A stretch of 64,000 nt of DNA from positions 12,090,001 to 12,154,000 of the forward strand of contig NC_042998.1 in NCBI RefSeq assembly GCF_006345805.1, in the 5' to 3' direction. This document shows, piece by piece, positions 37,771 through 52,260 of this stretch. The stretch comes from Octopus sinensis (Eukaryota). The notes beneath the pieces are model-generated. The model saw nothing but the letters and a program-made list of their open reading frames with translations, searched no databases and was not told where the DNA came from. Positions within the stretch are counted from its first letter, which is position 1; each line of letters starts with the position of its first letter. The position numbers and the translations under genes are program-made.

Positions 37771-38329
37771 CGAAGGAGGTCTTCTTCATATACGTATATA
37801 TATGCACATATACATACCTGCATATATATGGCTCTGTGTGTCCGTGAGTTTGTGGTGTATACTTGTGATTGTATGTGTTTATATGTGAGAGTGTGTAAGT
37901 ACACTTGGTTTCTTGGACATATTTATTAAATAAGAACATTTTTGTACTTCCCTAAATTTGATTTTTTACCTGAAAATGAACCAGTAAGAGGAGTTTTTGC
38001 AGAGAACCTATTTGACGATAGGGCTTAGCGTGAAATTTAAAGTTATGAAAATGCCTTCCTCTTTAGTTGATATATGATTATGGTGTATCTTTTTATCATG
38101 TATTGCATGACGGTATTTCACGTTAAAATATGTTAATATGAAGGAAACAAGCTAACTCGATAATTACATTTATTCATTCAATGTTAATTAAGATTGCTCA
38201 CCCAAAACTACTTGACTGTTTAATTCTTTATAAACTTCAAACTGAGTTTCTAATTAATTTTCGTAACATTCTTTATAAATGGGAAGATTTTGATTTTGCT
38301 GTTGCAACGTAAACGTTCATTTTCTTTAG

Positions 38330-39250
38330 ATTTAAAGAAAATGTAGTCCTTGAGATTGTACTACATTCGTTTTACCTCCTATTTCTGGAATTTCTTAAAT
38401 AGAAGTGTTTTCTTTGCATTAGTGATTCATATTCATTTTAATTAAATCTCTCAACGTCCTGATTATTCTCAGTTATTTCATTTCCTATCTATTCTATATC
38501 TGTTTTCCTTTTCTCAAATTCAAAACAACTTTGGTTTTATTCAGGTTATTAATAACAAACTTTATCAGCCATTTCTGTAGCCCTATACTAGACAGTCTCT
38601 TATATTCTTTTAATTCTCCTTTGTGAATATATTTCTATATAAATACCTGAAAGCTGTAATTTAATTACAGTTATTGTTATCTGTTTTCTTATTGAACCCT
38701 TTTCGAAACGCATAACTATCGTGCATTACCAGATCAACTTGAAGAATCATACCAATTAGTAGGTAGGCTGATTCTCGATATCAATATAATGCGATTCCTA
38801 TAGAGCGCTGTTAGCATTGTTTCATAACCTTTACTTTTGTTGTATATGTGGAAGACCATTAAAATCTTTCTGCTAATTAATTGATACTATTTTATGTTTA
38901 AATTAATCAGGTCTTTACTGATCAGTTGTCTTTCCTAGTCTGTACGCTGGGGTTTTTCTCCATATGAATGTTTGAAACATCAATTTTGCATTTTGTTTTC
39001 CTGCAAATATTGTTTGTAGTTTTTCTTGTGTTTCTTGCTCAGATTATATTCTTTTTCGTGATCCATTGAAGTGACATTTTCAGATCTAGATCATAAATCT
39101 CTATACCTTTCTTTTCCATTTTATATATTTGTTTTACATGTTTCTATAAGAGACATTTCCAGAAGGCACCCATTTGCCTCTGTGACCATTGTAACTGAAA
39201 TATAAATACGTTGCAAAATTTATCGTTCACGACTATTTAGTGTATGCCCA
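38330..39250 (-). mobile_element. Highly decayed CR1-like LINE RT remains
   Basis: Broken minus-strand motifs (PAYRLGK..KDL); many stops. Confidence 0.35.
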
Positions 39251-39439
39251 TGATGGTCTAATATGATATTCGTTTTATAGTTTTGCTGATTTATTATCAA
39301 ATGTTGTATTTGAAACGCTCTTGGCTAAGTCATATTAAGGTACAAAAAAAATTCGTTAAATGTTGCCATCTTTAGATTATTACCACTACTACAAGACATT
39401 TCATTTTCGATACTTCTTGATTGGAATTTTGATTTAAAA

Positions 39440-39700
39440 ATGTCTCCACACTTTTGTAGGTGTTGTTCTGCAACGTATATTGCATTTTGTAACTATGGTA
39501 TTATCGATTTTGTTCTTTCTATGACGCTATACCTATCTCCGTGGTAATGTTTTCGAAGTTGTTTTATTATATTTTCGTTAATCGTATTTCCTTTATGCAT
39601 TAATTTATGTTTTATAAATCTATATCTGGTATATTACTTTTTGATTTTAAGCATATATCTTTTTAAGTAACCTTGCATGCAGGCATTTTAACAAAATTTA
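39440..39700 (-). mobile_element. Decayed Penelope GIY-YIG fragment
   Basis: NENIIKQ..., RHRKNKID and VAEQHLQKCG resemble the GIY-YIG C-terminal H..C motif. Confidence 0.35.
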
Positions 39701-39714
39701 CGTTAACATCGGAT

Positions 39715-39860
39715 CTAGTGATGTTTTGGGAAAGAAAATTTAAAGTGTACATGTATGTGCACGCATTTTCTTCTGTTTTATTTGTGGAATTTATGAAACA
39801 ATGTCCATACATTTATTTCGATCTCCTTTTTGTAATGTAATTACTACTGATGTATTCGTT
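39715..39860 (+). mobile_element. Internal 3' UTR fragment of the L1/Tx1-like LINE
   Basis: ttttgggaaagaaaattt..gtgtacatgtatgtg..gcattttcttctg matches 41170-41300. Confidence 0.8.
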
Positions 39861-40971
39861 CTCGCCAATACAATTTAAATACTGGCAAGTAAATTTACTC
39901 TAAAGGATTAACCCGCTAATCATAGATATTTTCTAAAGAGCCTCGTTCTTATTAAGTTTCGATGGCTATTTTAAAACTAGCAGCGAAATCTCGTGAAAGC
40001 ATTCCACATAATCTAACTACAAAAAGTATCTGATATTGTAATCTATTAAAGTTACTCATAAAGAGACAGCTCAGTTCGTATGGAATACTTCTGATCATAG
40101 ATCTGCCCGACCGAGTTGAGCTGGGATTAAAATACAAGCACAGTAATTTCTGATAACTTTGAGATAACCTGTTAATTTAAAATTTTCTCCAAGGGTAGTG
40201 AGTAAGACATCTTCACCATAGTCTTAATATCCACTATGTTTCATTTTATAGCAAGGCTATAGATATTTTAGCTTGCAGAGAAACTCCAATAAAATGAATG
40301 CTTCTAAAATGTGTTTATTTTTTTTTAAATGTCTTCCTGCAGTTTTGAACAGATTTACTAATAAACCAGTACAGTATTACGGAGATGTACTTGCATAGCA
40401 AGTGATTTGATCTGAGATCGTGTGCTGAAACGAAAACAATTGCAGCGTGGAAGGTGTTTGTAAGCCATTTAAGAAACACACAAAAGCCGTTCGATTCAAT
40501 TCAACATTTAAGTTTAATTTGTCAAAATATTTTTGTCGCTTTAAGACCGCGACCTGTTCACTGACAGTATTACAGTATTTCAAATTACCAATGATAGTTT
40601 GTCTGTCTGTGTATGTGTTCGTGTGTTACACTTTAAACAATCCTAAAGCTGTTAAGTGAAATCGAACACATAATCGAATTATTTAAAACAATGAAAACAT
40701 ATTATGAAATCATGCTTGGTTGTAAGTCACTGGCTCACTGTATTCCTGTCAGCAACAGCCAAGTGAAATTCCCTAAAGGGATGTTCAATAAACATCTCGT
40801 GATAATTTAGTTTCCCTTCCCGCTCGTTATATCTCGAAAAACTTGAGGTTGAGGTAGAAGACATTGTGTGAATGTGCCTTGTGGCAGTACTGGTTTTCTG
40901 TCTAGTGAACAACATTTTTGTTGCGGAACAAACATCTTAACCGCCCACACAGTCATGCCTACACTATACCT

Positions 40972-41057
<86 letters not shown>

Positions 41058-41070
41058 CATCCATCCATCC

Positions 41071-41139
<69 letters not shown>

Positions 41140-41657
41140 CGATCCCTAGTGATCGTTTTTTTCCTCTTCCCCTTTTGGGAAAGAAAATTTAACGTGTACA
41201 TGTATGTGAACGCATTTTCTTCTGTTTTATTTGTGGAATTTATGAAAAAATGTCCATAACTTTATTTAGATCTACTTTTTGTAATGTAATTACTGCTGAT
41301 GTATTTGTTACTTTGAAAAAATTCCTCTTTTTTCTTCTTTTTTCATTTTTCTTTTCTTTTGTTCCCTTCCCTTTTTCTTTTTTTTCTTTTCCTTTTTTCC
41401 CCCCTTTTACGATCCCTTTGATCGAAAACCTACGACACCTTTTTTTTTTCATCCCCCAAAAGAAAAGCTCTACCTTGTAGCTTGTCCCATCTGTGTGCAG
41501 CCCTGTGTGGCCAATAAGAAACTTATCTATCTACCTAACTATCTATCTATATATCTATCTATCTTCTATCTATCTATCTCTATCTATCTATCTATATCTA
41601 TCTATCTATCCATCCATCCATCCATCCATCTATCTATCTCTATCTATCTATCTATCT

Positions 41658-41691
<34 letters not shown>

Positions 41692-42090
41692 GACGATCCC
41701 TAGTGATCGTTTTTTTCCTCTTCCCCTTTGGAAAGAAAATTTAACGTGTACATGTATGTGTGAACGCATTTTCTTCTGTTTTATTTGTGGAATTTATGAA
41801 AAAATGTCCAACTTTATTTAGATCTACTTTTTGTAATGTAATTACTGCTGATGTATTTGTTACTTTGAAAAAATTCCTCTTTTTTCTTCTTTTTTCCTTT
41901 TTCTTTTCTTTGTTCCCTTCCCTTTTTCTTTTTTTCTCTTTCCTTTTTTCCCCCCTTTTACGATCCCTTTGATCGAAAACCTACGACACCTTTTTTTTTT
42001 CATCCCCCAAAAGAAAAGCTCTACCTTGTAGCTTGTCCCATCTGTGTGCAGCCCTGTGTGGCCAATAAAGAAACTTATCTATCTACCTAA

Positions 42091-42171
<81 letters not shown>

Positions 42172-42663
42172 CATCCATCCATCCATCCATCCATCCATCC
42201 ATCCATCCATCCATCTATCTCTCATCAACTTCTTCAAGTACCACTTGAAAAGGAAAGTGAGAGTAGAGAGGCAAGTTTTGTCTAGCGAATGTTTAAAAAA
42301 AGATGGGTGAATGTAGCAAGAATGGCACGTATGAATGACGAAGCCACCTTGAGCATAGTCCTATGAACCCAGAAATCGAAAACAGAGAGTTGCTTATATT
42401 GGCAAAAAAAAAAAAAAAAAAAGAAATATAAAATGTGACTTCATTGACCGAGGTTCCCGTGGTCTTTTCCGTAGGCTTTTTTTCCACGGGTAAACCTCAC
42501 CTGTCCTCCCCTTTACACTTCATATTGACATTTCTGTGATAACGATCCCTATTGATCAATTTTTTTTTTTTTTTTTTTTCCACCCCCCCCCTTTTTTTTT
42601 AACCCCCCTTTTTTTTGTCCTCTTTCTCTCCTTTTACGATCCCTTTGATCGAAACTCCCCTTT

Positions 42664-42705
<42 letters not shown>

Positions 42706-42816
42706 CTTCAAAAGAAAAGCTCTACCTTGTAATTTGTTCTATCTGTGTGCAGCCCTGTGTGGCTAATAAGAAACATATCTATCCATCCATCCATCCATCC
42801 ATCCATCTATCTATCC

Positions 42817-42851
<35 letters not shown>

Positions 42852-42875
42852 CATCCATCTATCTATCTTTCTTGC

Positions 42876-42947
<72 letters not shown>
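40972..42947 (+). mobile_element. Three head-to-tail 5'-truncated L1/Tx1-like LINE copies (41139-41525, 41693-42077, 42221-42777) in a (TCTA/TCCA)n array
   Basis: Shared 3' end gcagccctgtgtggc.aataa(a)gaaac.ta. The third copy starts in a coding remnant [24 protein letters not shown][fs][22 protein letters not shown] that resembles an L1/Tx1 ORF2 end, followed by a T-rich 3' UTR. Confidence 0.8.
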
Positions 42948-43952
42948 AGCCCTCACACAAATCCGCGCGTGCACACTTGATATTCACATGCATGTGCAGC
43001 CCACATATGTGTTTGTATGTTTATATATAAAAGAACATATGTATAGCATATTTGAATGTGCATTTATGTGAATTGCATGTGTTACATGTTCGCGTGTATC
43101 TTTTTATAGCTATATCAGTGACATTTATCACACAAAACGTAAGCTAATTTCTAAATATAAGGCATGATTCATTGTTCTGAGATGACAAGAAAAATTTTGG
43201 TTCAAGCAACAAATGTTATAAATATCTTACAATCTCATGAAAATATATCTTACGAAGCATAAAGAATGCTGTACAAAAAAATATTGCCGCATTGTTTGAG
43301 TGCATCATTCGTAAAAATTCTAGGTCAGAAAATCAATATCTCTATGGCTCTTTATATTAACTTGCAGGGCTCTAGGATTACCATGTTTTATAAACATTCT
43401 TATTCCTTCATAAATTTAATTGATTTTCATAATATTGTCTTATTGCTTTTAAAATTTTCGATTATGATTTCGATCTCCTTCCATAGTTTTAAACTTTTTG
43501 AAAGCGTAGAACCCGAACATATACCGTGATAAGCAAAACTACATTATTTAAAACAGTAAATTCTATAAAATTCTATCGACAAAACTAACACACCGCCAGA
43601 ATAAGTAACCCACTTACGACACAGGGGAATAATAACATAAAAAGAAACAAATAAAAACAAAAAATTCAAAATAAGACAAAAAAAACCAAACAAAATTAGA
43701 ATACAGTGGCTTAGAATACAGTCGACGATCCGTTTTATAAAGTTTTGCGAAGACTTTTCAAATGTAACCATAATTGAGCCTTGCCAAAATTTTCCTGTGT
43801 GCAGTTCCACTATCTAAACATGTTTCATTTCATGGAGTATTGCCAGCAATATATGGAAGGCCTAATGACCATGTTGACAGTCCCAATTTAGCTCAACTGA
43901 CCGTTTGTGAGTAAAGCTGACCGTTAAAAATATTTTGTTGCTGATTCCACTA

Positions 43953-44181
43953 CTCTTTACTCTTTACTCTTTTACTCGTTTCAGTCATTTGACTGCGGCC
44001 ATGCTGGAGCACCGCCTTTAGTCGAGTAAATCGACCCCGGGACTTATTCTTTGTAAGCCCAGTACTTATTCTACCGGTCTCTTTTGCCGAACCGCTAAGT
44101 GACGGGGACGTAAACACACCAGCATCGGTTGTCAAGCAATGCTAGGAGGACAAACACAGACACACATACACACAAACACAG

Positions 44182-44232
<51 letters not shown>

Positions 44233-44399
44233 TACGAAAGGCTTCTTTCAGTTTCCGTCTACCAAATCCACTCACAAGGCATTGGTCGGCCCGGGGCTAT
44301 AGCAGAAGACACTTGCCCAAGATGCCACGTAGTGGGACTGAACCCTGAACCATGTGGTTGGTTAGCAAGCTACTTACCACACAGCCACTCCTGCGCCTA
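43953..44399 (-). mobile_element. SINE family A, young full-length copy
   Basis: Near-identical inverse of 61069-61477. Confidence 0.93.
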
Positions 44400-45183
44400 G
44401 GCAACAAAGAATTTGCTACTGGTGTAACAACATGTATTTTTTGACTACATTGGGGATACTAGTTCCGAACCCGCACTCAGAATTGGTCTAGCATGTCAGA
44501 ATTATAAGTTATGCGCATGCGCAAGATTATAGCTATACTTTCGGCTAGATATAGGCCGTAGCATCAAATTTGCTAAAATGAAAGCGGTCTTAATTCAAAA
44601 TTAAAGAAATAGCACAATAAAAAACAAACTATGAGAAAGTTCATTATTTAGTTTAGTAATAGATGGCGCTGATGTATTGTGTGCAATGCAAAATACGTTA
44701 GTTTTTTCTTGGTAACTCTCAGTGTCGCTTGCGCTGCCGTCACGTGTGGTATACGTATCTCTGGCTCTGCGTGATTACCGCTTCAACTGGGTTCATTTTG
44801 TTAGAACATGAACAGGAGAGGCCGTGTGAATCAGCCAGAGAACTTTTGTTATGTCTGTGGAAAATTGCTCCGCATGACCAGCGGAAGAACTTTACCACCA
44901 AATTAAAAACTGTGTATAAATATTATTTCGGGTGTAAATTTGGGGACCAAAACAAGAGGTGGGTACCTCGTATATGCTGCACCGTGTGTTACTCAGGGCT
45001 TACATAGCTGCTGAATGGAAAACGGAAGGGAATGCCTTTTGCCTTACCAATGGTATGGAGTGAGCCAACCAATCATGTCTCTGATTGTTACTTTTGCATG
45101 ACTAATATTAGTGGTTTCGCAAAGAAAACCAAAGTAAAAATTGTGTATGCAGATTGTAAGTCGGATCTAATACCGGTCCACAT
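44400..45183 (+). mobile_element. 5' fragment of a Chapaev-3-like (CMC) DNA transposon
   Basis: MNRRGRVNQPENFCYVCG[fs]..YFGCKFGDQNKRWVPRICCTVC..GKRKGMPFALPMVWSEPTNHVSDCYFCM, a Cys-rich N-terminal domain; superfamily assignment from recall. Confidence 0.7.
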
Positions 45184-45460
45184 ATAAAATATCGTGTACA
45201 TTAAAACACATTAAGAGACTGCCATCATACGAAAGCCTTGCGCTAGAAAGAGCAGTAAACATCCCTAATTAGTGGCTTGAGTTGTTTACTGCTCTTTCTA
45301 GAGCAAGGCTTTCCTATGATGGAAGTCTCTTAATGTGTTTTAATGTACACAATATTTTATATGAATAGTATATAGTCAATTGACTAAATGTTTTTGCGCT
45401 AGGCCAATGGTAATAAAAGATTTCTATAATTCTTATTACCCTAATTTTATTTATTATGTT

Positions 45461-45511
<51 letters not shown>

Positions 45512-45547
45512 AGATATACATACATATATATGCATATAAACATTTAT

Positions 45548-45587
<40 letters not shown>

Positions 45588-46439
45588 GTTTCTAAGTATC
45601 TATACGTGTGTGTATGTGAGTGCGTGTGCTTGTGTCGATGTGTGTGTAAATGTGTGTATGTATATGCATTCATAAAGCTCGCAGCATGGATTCTAGTTTT
45701 CCTCTATTATTATGTTAAGAAATGTTTCAGTTTAAATTACTGTTTCGAATTTAATATCAGTTTATGGTTGAAATAATTACCAATAAAATTAACGAAGGTG
45801 CAAATGTTGCCCGTAACTGATACATTTACGCTCTTAATATTTTAACGTTTCTACTCAATTTCCATTTCAATGTCTTTTAATTGCCATCGAGCTTGCGTGC
45901 AAGGAAATATTGTAGACATTTAGCAAGTGCTAATCGAAAAATATATTACAAGTCTTCTAAACTATATTTGCTGACGTCAGCAATACTATAATATGATATA
46001 TACTGGCATATCTAATGGTGATAGTTGAATTATATGGGTATTTATATTCTTCTAACCTAAAAAGTATGTATATGTGATGTTGCTTCTAATATGATGTTAA
46101 TGTCTTTGTGAAGTGACTGTGTTGAATAACACACTTGTCCCCATGCCCAATCTTGTTCCCTTGTTTTTTCTTTTCTCCTATTTTCAGCATCCAAAATGAG
46201 AAAAGTTTGGTACATCTCTAATAAGTCAGCCTCTTCTTTAGAAAAGTGACTTTGTGAATGATTCGTCCTGGTTTTCTTTGGTTGTCGCTTTTGGTAGTCA
46301 ATTCTAAGTGAGAGGGCGAAGAAAACCATCAGCCTTTGTATTTCACAGTAACTCTATCGACTGCAGAATGAAGAAAAATAAAGTCTACATCGGCGTATTT
46401 GAGTTCCAAAATTAAGAACTTGAATTCCAGTTCCACTCC

Positions 46440-46635
46440 AATAATAATCCTTTCTACTATCGGCACAAAGCCTGACATTTTTGGGGAGTGGGTTAATCAG
46501 TTAGAACGACCTCCAGCACGCAACAGTTACTCGATTTATCGACCCTGAAATGATGAAAGGCAAAGTCGACCTCGGCGGAATTTGAACTCAAGGTTTTGTT
46601 CAGCATGCTAACGATTCTGCCAGCTCACCACCTTT
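46440..46635 (-). mobile_element. SINE family B variant
   Basis: gaaaggcaaagtcgacctcggcggaatttgaactc...ctgccagctcaccacc. Confidence 0.8.
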
Positions 46636-47059
46636 TCACTCAAATAATAATGCTTCACAACCGTTCTCTTATGAGTGTAGTGAACTGGAAAGAATTTAAT
46701 TTGGGTGTGCGGCAGATTTATGTTCTGTTTTTTGCAGGAATTTATTAGAAATCATAATGCCTTCTAGAATCAGTTTTATTATAAATACAACCCATGTTAC
46801 AAAACTAAATTATCAAGAAATTTTATTCCCGCTTTAGAAATACATATGGTAAAATATTTTGATATTAACTGTAAGTCTGAATCAAATATTATAGACCTCA
46901 ATATTTTTCTGTATACTTTAGATCATAAGAGCACAATGAAAGACGTCTTCAAATATATATTATTAGAACTACATTGATTGCATTGGTTTGCTTTTAGTAT
47001 TCTGAAGAAAGCTTTCGTATCTTATAAGATTCTATATTGGTCATATATTGATATATATA

Positions 47060-47135
<76 letters not shown>

Positions 47136-47559
47136 CGTATATGTCTAAATAGTAACATTATAGATCTAATAATAAGGTTTGTTTGACGTCAGGATAAGCT
47201 CGCAAATATACAAATAATACTTAGTTTCATTAGTGCTATTTCTTAAGTTGCCATTTTAGTAACATTACATTAGACAGAGTCAATTTTCTTATAAACATTT
47301 CAAATGAATAATAACAGATAAATTGATTTAGCGTAAGTGGGAAGAAAAGATAGCATATGTGATATAAATATATTTATTATGAAATACATTCATATATATG
47401 TACAAACATGCAAACATATATATTATGTATATATGTATCTTTGCAAACTCAATCGCGCAGACATACATATTTTCAATGATTCCGACTGAATCTAACAAGT
47501 TGTCAACATTGTGGAAATTGGTTTTTGAAAGACTGCTAACCAATTATGATTGATAAAAT

Positions 47560-50200
47560 AGATACACGATTCATTATCTATATAATACGTATGGCTTATT
47601 AGAGTGATCACATTGATTATGTTTATTTTGTACTCCACTGACATATCTTTAAATTCATATCATTTCGTTTCAATATTGGTCCACTAATATTTTCATTAAA
47701 TCCAAGCTGCAGATGTTTTGTAGATATCGGTTAGAAAGTACACATCACTATATTTCGTTGATATTTTGTCTCTAAGAAATATATAAGATTCATTCGTTGC
47801 TTTTGTATTTGTTATCTGGTCTAATCCATTCATTATTTATTAATTTCGGTGACCACGCATCTACCACGGTACCTCGAACACTGTGGTTGATATGTAGAGT
47901 TTAAGCAGCTCTCATCAATTAAGCATATGTCACGTAGGCTGAATATCTATCTAATTGAATTATGCAACCCACAATAATATTGTTTGAAATATTCTACATG
48001 TCCATGCATACGAAGACTATACAGCACATAGCCATGGGAATTGATGCATCCTATGCACTGCTGTGTTATAGCCTGGATATGCATCATCCCAACAGTCTAG
48101 ATTATTTATATTTATTCACTATCGTCTGTAGCATCGAATGACCGCAAGGGAAATGCTCAGGTTCTGCCTGGGCGCGATAGATTTTGTTCTGTTTTTATCC
48201 TTAGTGGGGCCCTTCCATGCACAACATTTAAGTGCAATGTACTTACTGTTACTTCAGCTATTTCTGTCTGTACCTACTTTATGTTTACGCATATTTTCAG
48301 CTCAGTACATTATAATGGTATGTTTCCAGAAGATGTTAATCGATGAACGCTATATTGAGTAATATTAATTAAATCTATGTGCAATATTTTCACGTGGATT
48401 GTGCAGTACCAAATATATGGTTCCTCTTTATTCATAGGAATCAAATGTCTCTGACTTTATTATTTGTGCAGTTATATACCATTAATATTTATCTTTTGAG
48501 TGGTCTTTTGTTGGCTAATAGAAATATCTTTCATCGTTTTGAAATATTTCAATATTTCAACTTTAAATTTGTTTTCATATTCCATTGATTATTTCTGTAT
48601 TCTTAGCGTCACTGTGTATTTCTTCTGAGTTGACTGTGGTCATTCCAGCTCAGTGTCAGTTATAGTCTCATCTGAATCATCATATTCAATATTTGGACCA
48701 ACAGACCTGCTGAACTATCACACTTTTCATTCTATTTAGCCTTCAGGTCTCCTCCTGCGCTACCAAAATGACACCTTCAGGATTTGTTTTCTTCCCTAGT
48801 CCGTTTCCAGCCTTAGTTCATAAAAAGTGCTAGCGGAAGTATGTTTCTTTGAAAAGTTGATTTTTGTATTTTCAGTATTTTCTTCTTAGATTGTGCATAT
48901 CAGATTTGGAAAACATACTTCTGTTTCCTTGTTTTCTTGTCTTTATTCTTCAGATCATTGGTTCTTCATACAATCGCTCTTGCTCTATACTGGATCGGGG
49001 ACACTTGTCACAGTTCACTGCATGGTTTTCTCGCATTTTATGTGAATTCTAGTTTCTTCATTCTACAAAAGTATTTTTACTGAGGTTTTCCTTCATTTCT
49101 ATACTTTAATTTCCAGCATTTCTGGATATTTCTAATGCATTTAACGTTCTAATGTTCTCATCGCTAGATTTGTTCTATGACTTTTTATCGATTTTCACCG
49201 ATTCATCCTTATCATAGTCCATTTCTCGATTCCCAAATCCATCAAAGGAAAATTACTAAATATAACATTTGCACCAAGAGTTAAGTTGGTTTTTCTCTTA
49301 GCCACAAAGCTTAAAACGTTCATTAATAAAAGTCTATTCATATTTTCTATTTTCGTTTCCGTTGTATAGGTTTCATCAGCTTTATTTTTTGCTTAATCTG
49401 CAAAGAGGTTATTTGGGAAATCCTCTTTCCTATCCATTTATTAATATTTTATTTGGAATTTTATCCCAGTTTTCCAAATAATCTGCTTTCTTCAAGCCTT
49501 GCTCTTATACTATTATTTCTCTCATATCCTTCAAAATATCAATTAGTCATTTCCGGTTTAACTGAAAATGAGGATTTTCCGTATATTGTTTGTTTCTATC
49601 TTCGTATTTTCTGTTTTTGGTAACTTATGCCATTACTCTGTACTTTATTTCTTTCAATGTTGTCCTGATTCCTTTTCTTCTGCGTTATACATATCCTCTG
49701 ATCAACATTTTCTTTTCTGCCTACTAATATTGACCCTATTACCATTGGTCCTGATTATTTACCTGCTGATCTTCCTTTATCCATCTTTACCATCAGGCCA
49801 TTGGTCCCTTTTTTGACTTTATCTTATCCCCCAACCTAACAAATTTGCAATTACATTAGCATCCGCTGTTTCTTGACGGTGATAATGTTTACTAGTTACT
49901 TGAGAGGTACATTTTACGAAATTTATCTCTTTGGTGACGCAGCACACCGGTGTCAAGATGAAACCAAACTCGGGTTCCTGATATCTGGGATGATTTCAGG
50001 TGCTCACAGTGCACACCACGTAGCTTATGTAGCCAGTGATATGTCCATCCTTGAATTCTGTCGAAGTCCACGAGTAGCCACATCAAAAGGAGTGTCAATG
50101 AGGAATATAGAAAATTCTGTAAATCACTGGCCTTGCCCAGATTAGTATGTGTTTGGAGATTTCTAGTTAAATGCTAATTCTATGCAGGAGTTGCTTAACA
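47560..50200 (-). mobile_element. Highly decayed non-LTR retrotransposon remains, possibly R4/Dong-like
   Basis: Strong strand-biased composition and broken motifs resembling a CCHC knuckle and RPD near 47800-48050; no continuous frame. Confidence 0.3.
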
Positions 50201-50579
50201 GAACTAATCTCGTCAGATTACGAGAAGAAACTAATCTTGTTAGATTACCTGAAGAACAAAAGAAAGAAAAGGAATGCATTTAATTAATGTGTGAATGTCA
50301 TGAAGTTCACAGGAGTGTAGCCTAAAAGAAAACAGGCACCAGGACCTCTTATTGACGCACCATACAAGATTGTACGTGATATATGTTCGGTAGAATCTTT
50401 CAAAGATGAGAATTATTGACATGTGGAAGACAATATTAGTGAAGTATCTTCGATTTTCTTCCTTGAAAATATCATTAAAAGTTCAGAAATCGAACATACA
50501 TTATTTCTGGCAAAATGCTATAGAATTACCACTTGTCTTTCTCTCTATACATTTATATATATTTATGTGTGTATATATA

Positions 50580-50653
<74 letters not shown>

Positions 50654-51639
50654 CTGCGTGCGTGTATATGTATATGCACGTATATTTACTAAATAAGCAT
50701 ATGTAGATGTATAAACACGGAGACACGCACAGATACCCAGTCTTCATAGACACATACACACACACACTCACACGCACTCACCCACTTACACACACGGATA
50801 CACACAAACACACAGACACTCACACTCACACATAACAGTGCATGTCAACGCAAGTATGATTTAACGTAAACGATCTTCTGGGTGTTCTATTTTATTAAGA
50901 GTTTTTTTTTACATTAAAAACGTCTTTAAAGCAAATCAGACGCTCTGGCAGTACACATTGAACCGGATACGCAACAGGCCAATCAAAACGCCTTTCCTTA
51001 TTTTATGTTTTATATTCATTTTCCAAGAAATGCAATAAACAAATTACCGTTTAATGTTTATCGATATATTCTTGCTGTTACGATTTCAACAAACTTGCGT
51101 TTAAACAATCATTCTTGTTCAATTTCCTGATATTTTCTTATCTTATGACTACACCAGCGTCCGATTACTGTTTTCTTTTTCTATAGAATAGCTTTCTGCA
51201 ATTATTCCGTTTCCTTTTCTTCTTTTTGTGTATTAACAAGGTTCAGAAAACAAATGTAATATTTTTTCTTATTAGTCTCTTTCTAAGGAATATAGGCTGT
51301 AAGCAATGTTAAAGTATTGGGGCCGGTTGAGTAGAACATGCATAATATGTGCTAAAGTAGAAAGAGCTGCCTCCGCCGATATACTTAACTGAATATGTAT
51401 ATCATAAGATGTATGTTTCTATAAGGGATATTTTTTGGACTTTATGTAAAGTTGTAAACCATGTTTGTTTATGATCTTGTTTCATGCTCTTTTTCTCATA
51501 TCCAGAGCACTAATTGTTGTTGGTGGTCGTTTCATTTGGATTGCTTCGGGAGATGGGGCTGTGCACCAAGCGTTCACTTGCCCTCCAACACAACGTGCTT
51601 AATGCTTTTCCTCAATAGTTGTAATACGAATGTTGTAGG

Positions 51640-52260
51640 GTAAAAAATCTGTAAGGTATGAATTCCATAAAGATGACGTTCTGGAACGCAGTCATTAGGA
51701 ACTGCGTTGAGTGCAGAATTTAGGTGATAAATGGAGGAGAGGCAAGTGAGTTAGGCATTTGTGAATGGAGATGGCGCCGGGATGGTTGACATTATGGAGC
51801 GGAGTCCACCACAGATGGAGTAGAAAATGTAAAGATATGAAACAGATATTGTGGAGTAGACACACGTGTTTTGTATAGTGATTTCGATATCAGTTGGACA
51901 TGTGACAGGTCTTTTGATATGTTATAGGATTTCAATATGAATAGCATCATAGCCTTCCCACATATAAATTCAATTTCAGCGTTGTGGAATATTAGTAGTT
52001 GGCAAGAGGATTTTCGTTATTTTCTGTCCTTTAAGAAGATGGTCAATCTTTGTGATGCAGACATAGTTCTGTTTCGGATAAATGTGCATTGATACTTTTG
52101 ATCCCCTTCTTTGAAGATGATTTGTAACAAGTAACCAGAATGTTCAGCTGAATATATATTCCCATGGTTCTCTTTGATCATGTTTTCTGAATGGATAACG
52201 TTGATCAATTATTTTAGCGTAGACTGAATAATGATATAGACTGACTTTGGGATATGTTAA
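51640..52260 (-). mobile_element. Decayed CR1-like LINE 3' region
   Basis: Minus strand PRTSSLWNS-type motif near 51660-51700. Confidence 0.35.

Noticed and set aside
41139-41160. Helitron/Helentron end suggested by a hairpin containing CTAG
   Set aside because: CTAG is in the loop rather than after the hairpin, and the AATAAA plus ORF2 remnant favour a non-LTR retrotransposon.
46130-46306. Possible minus-strand exon IDYQKRQPKK...DWAWGQ behind a good polypyrimidine tract
   Set aside because: Weak donor, a competing plus-strand acceptor, no identifiable product.
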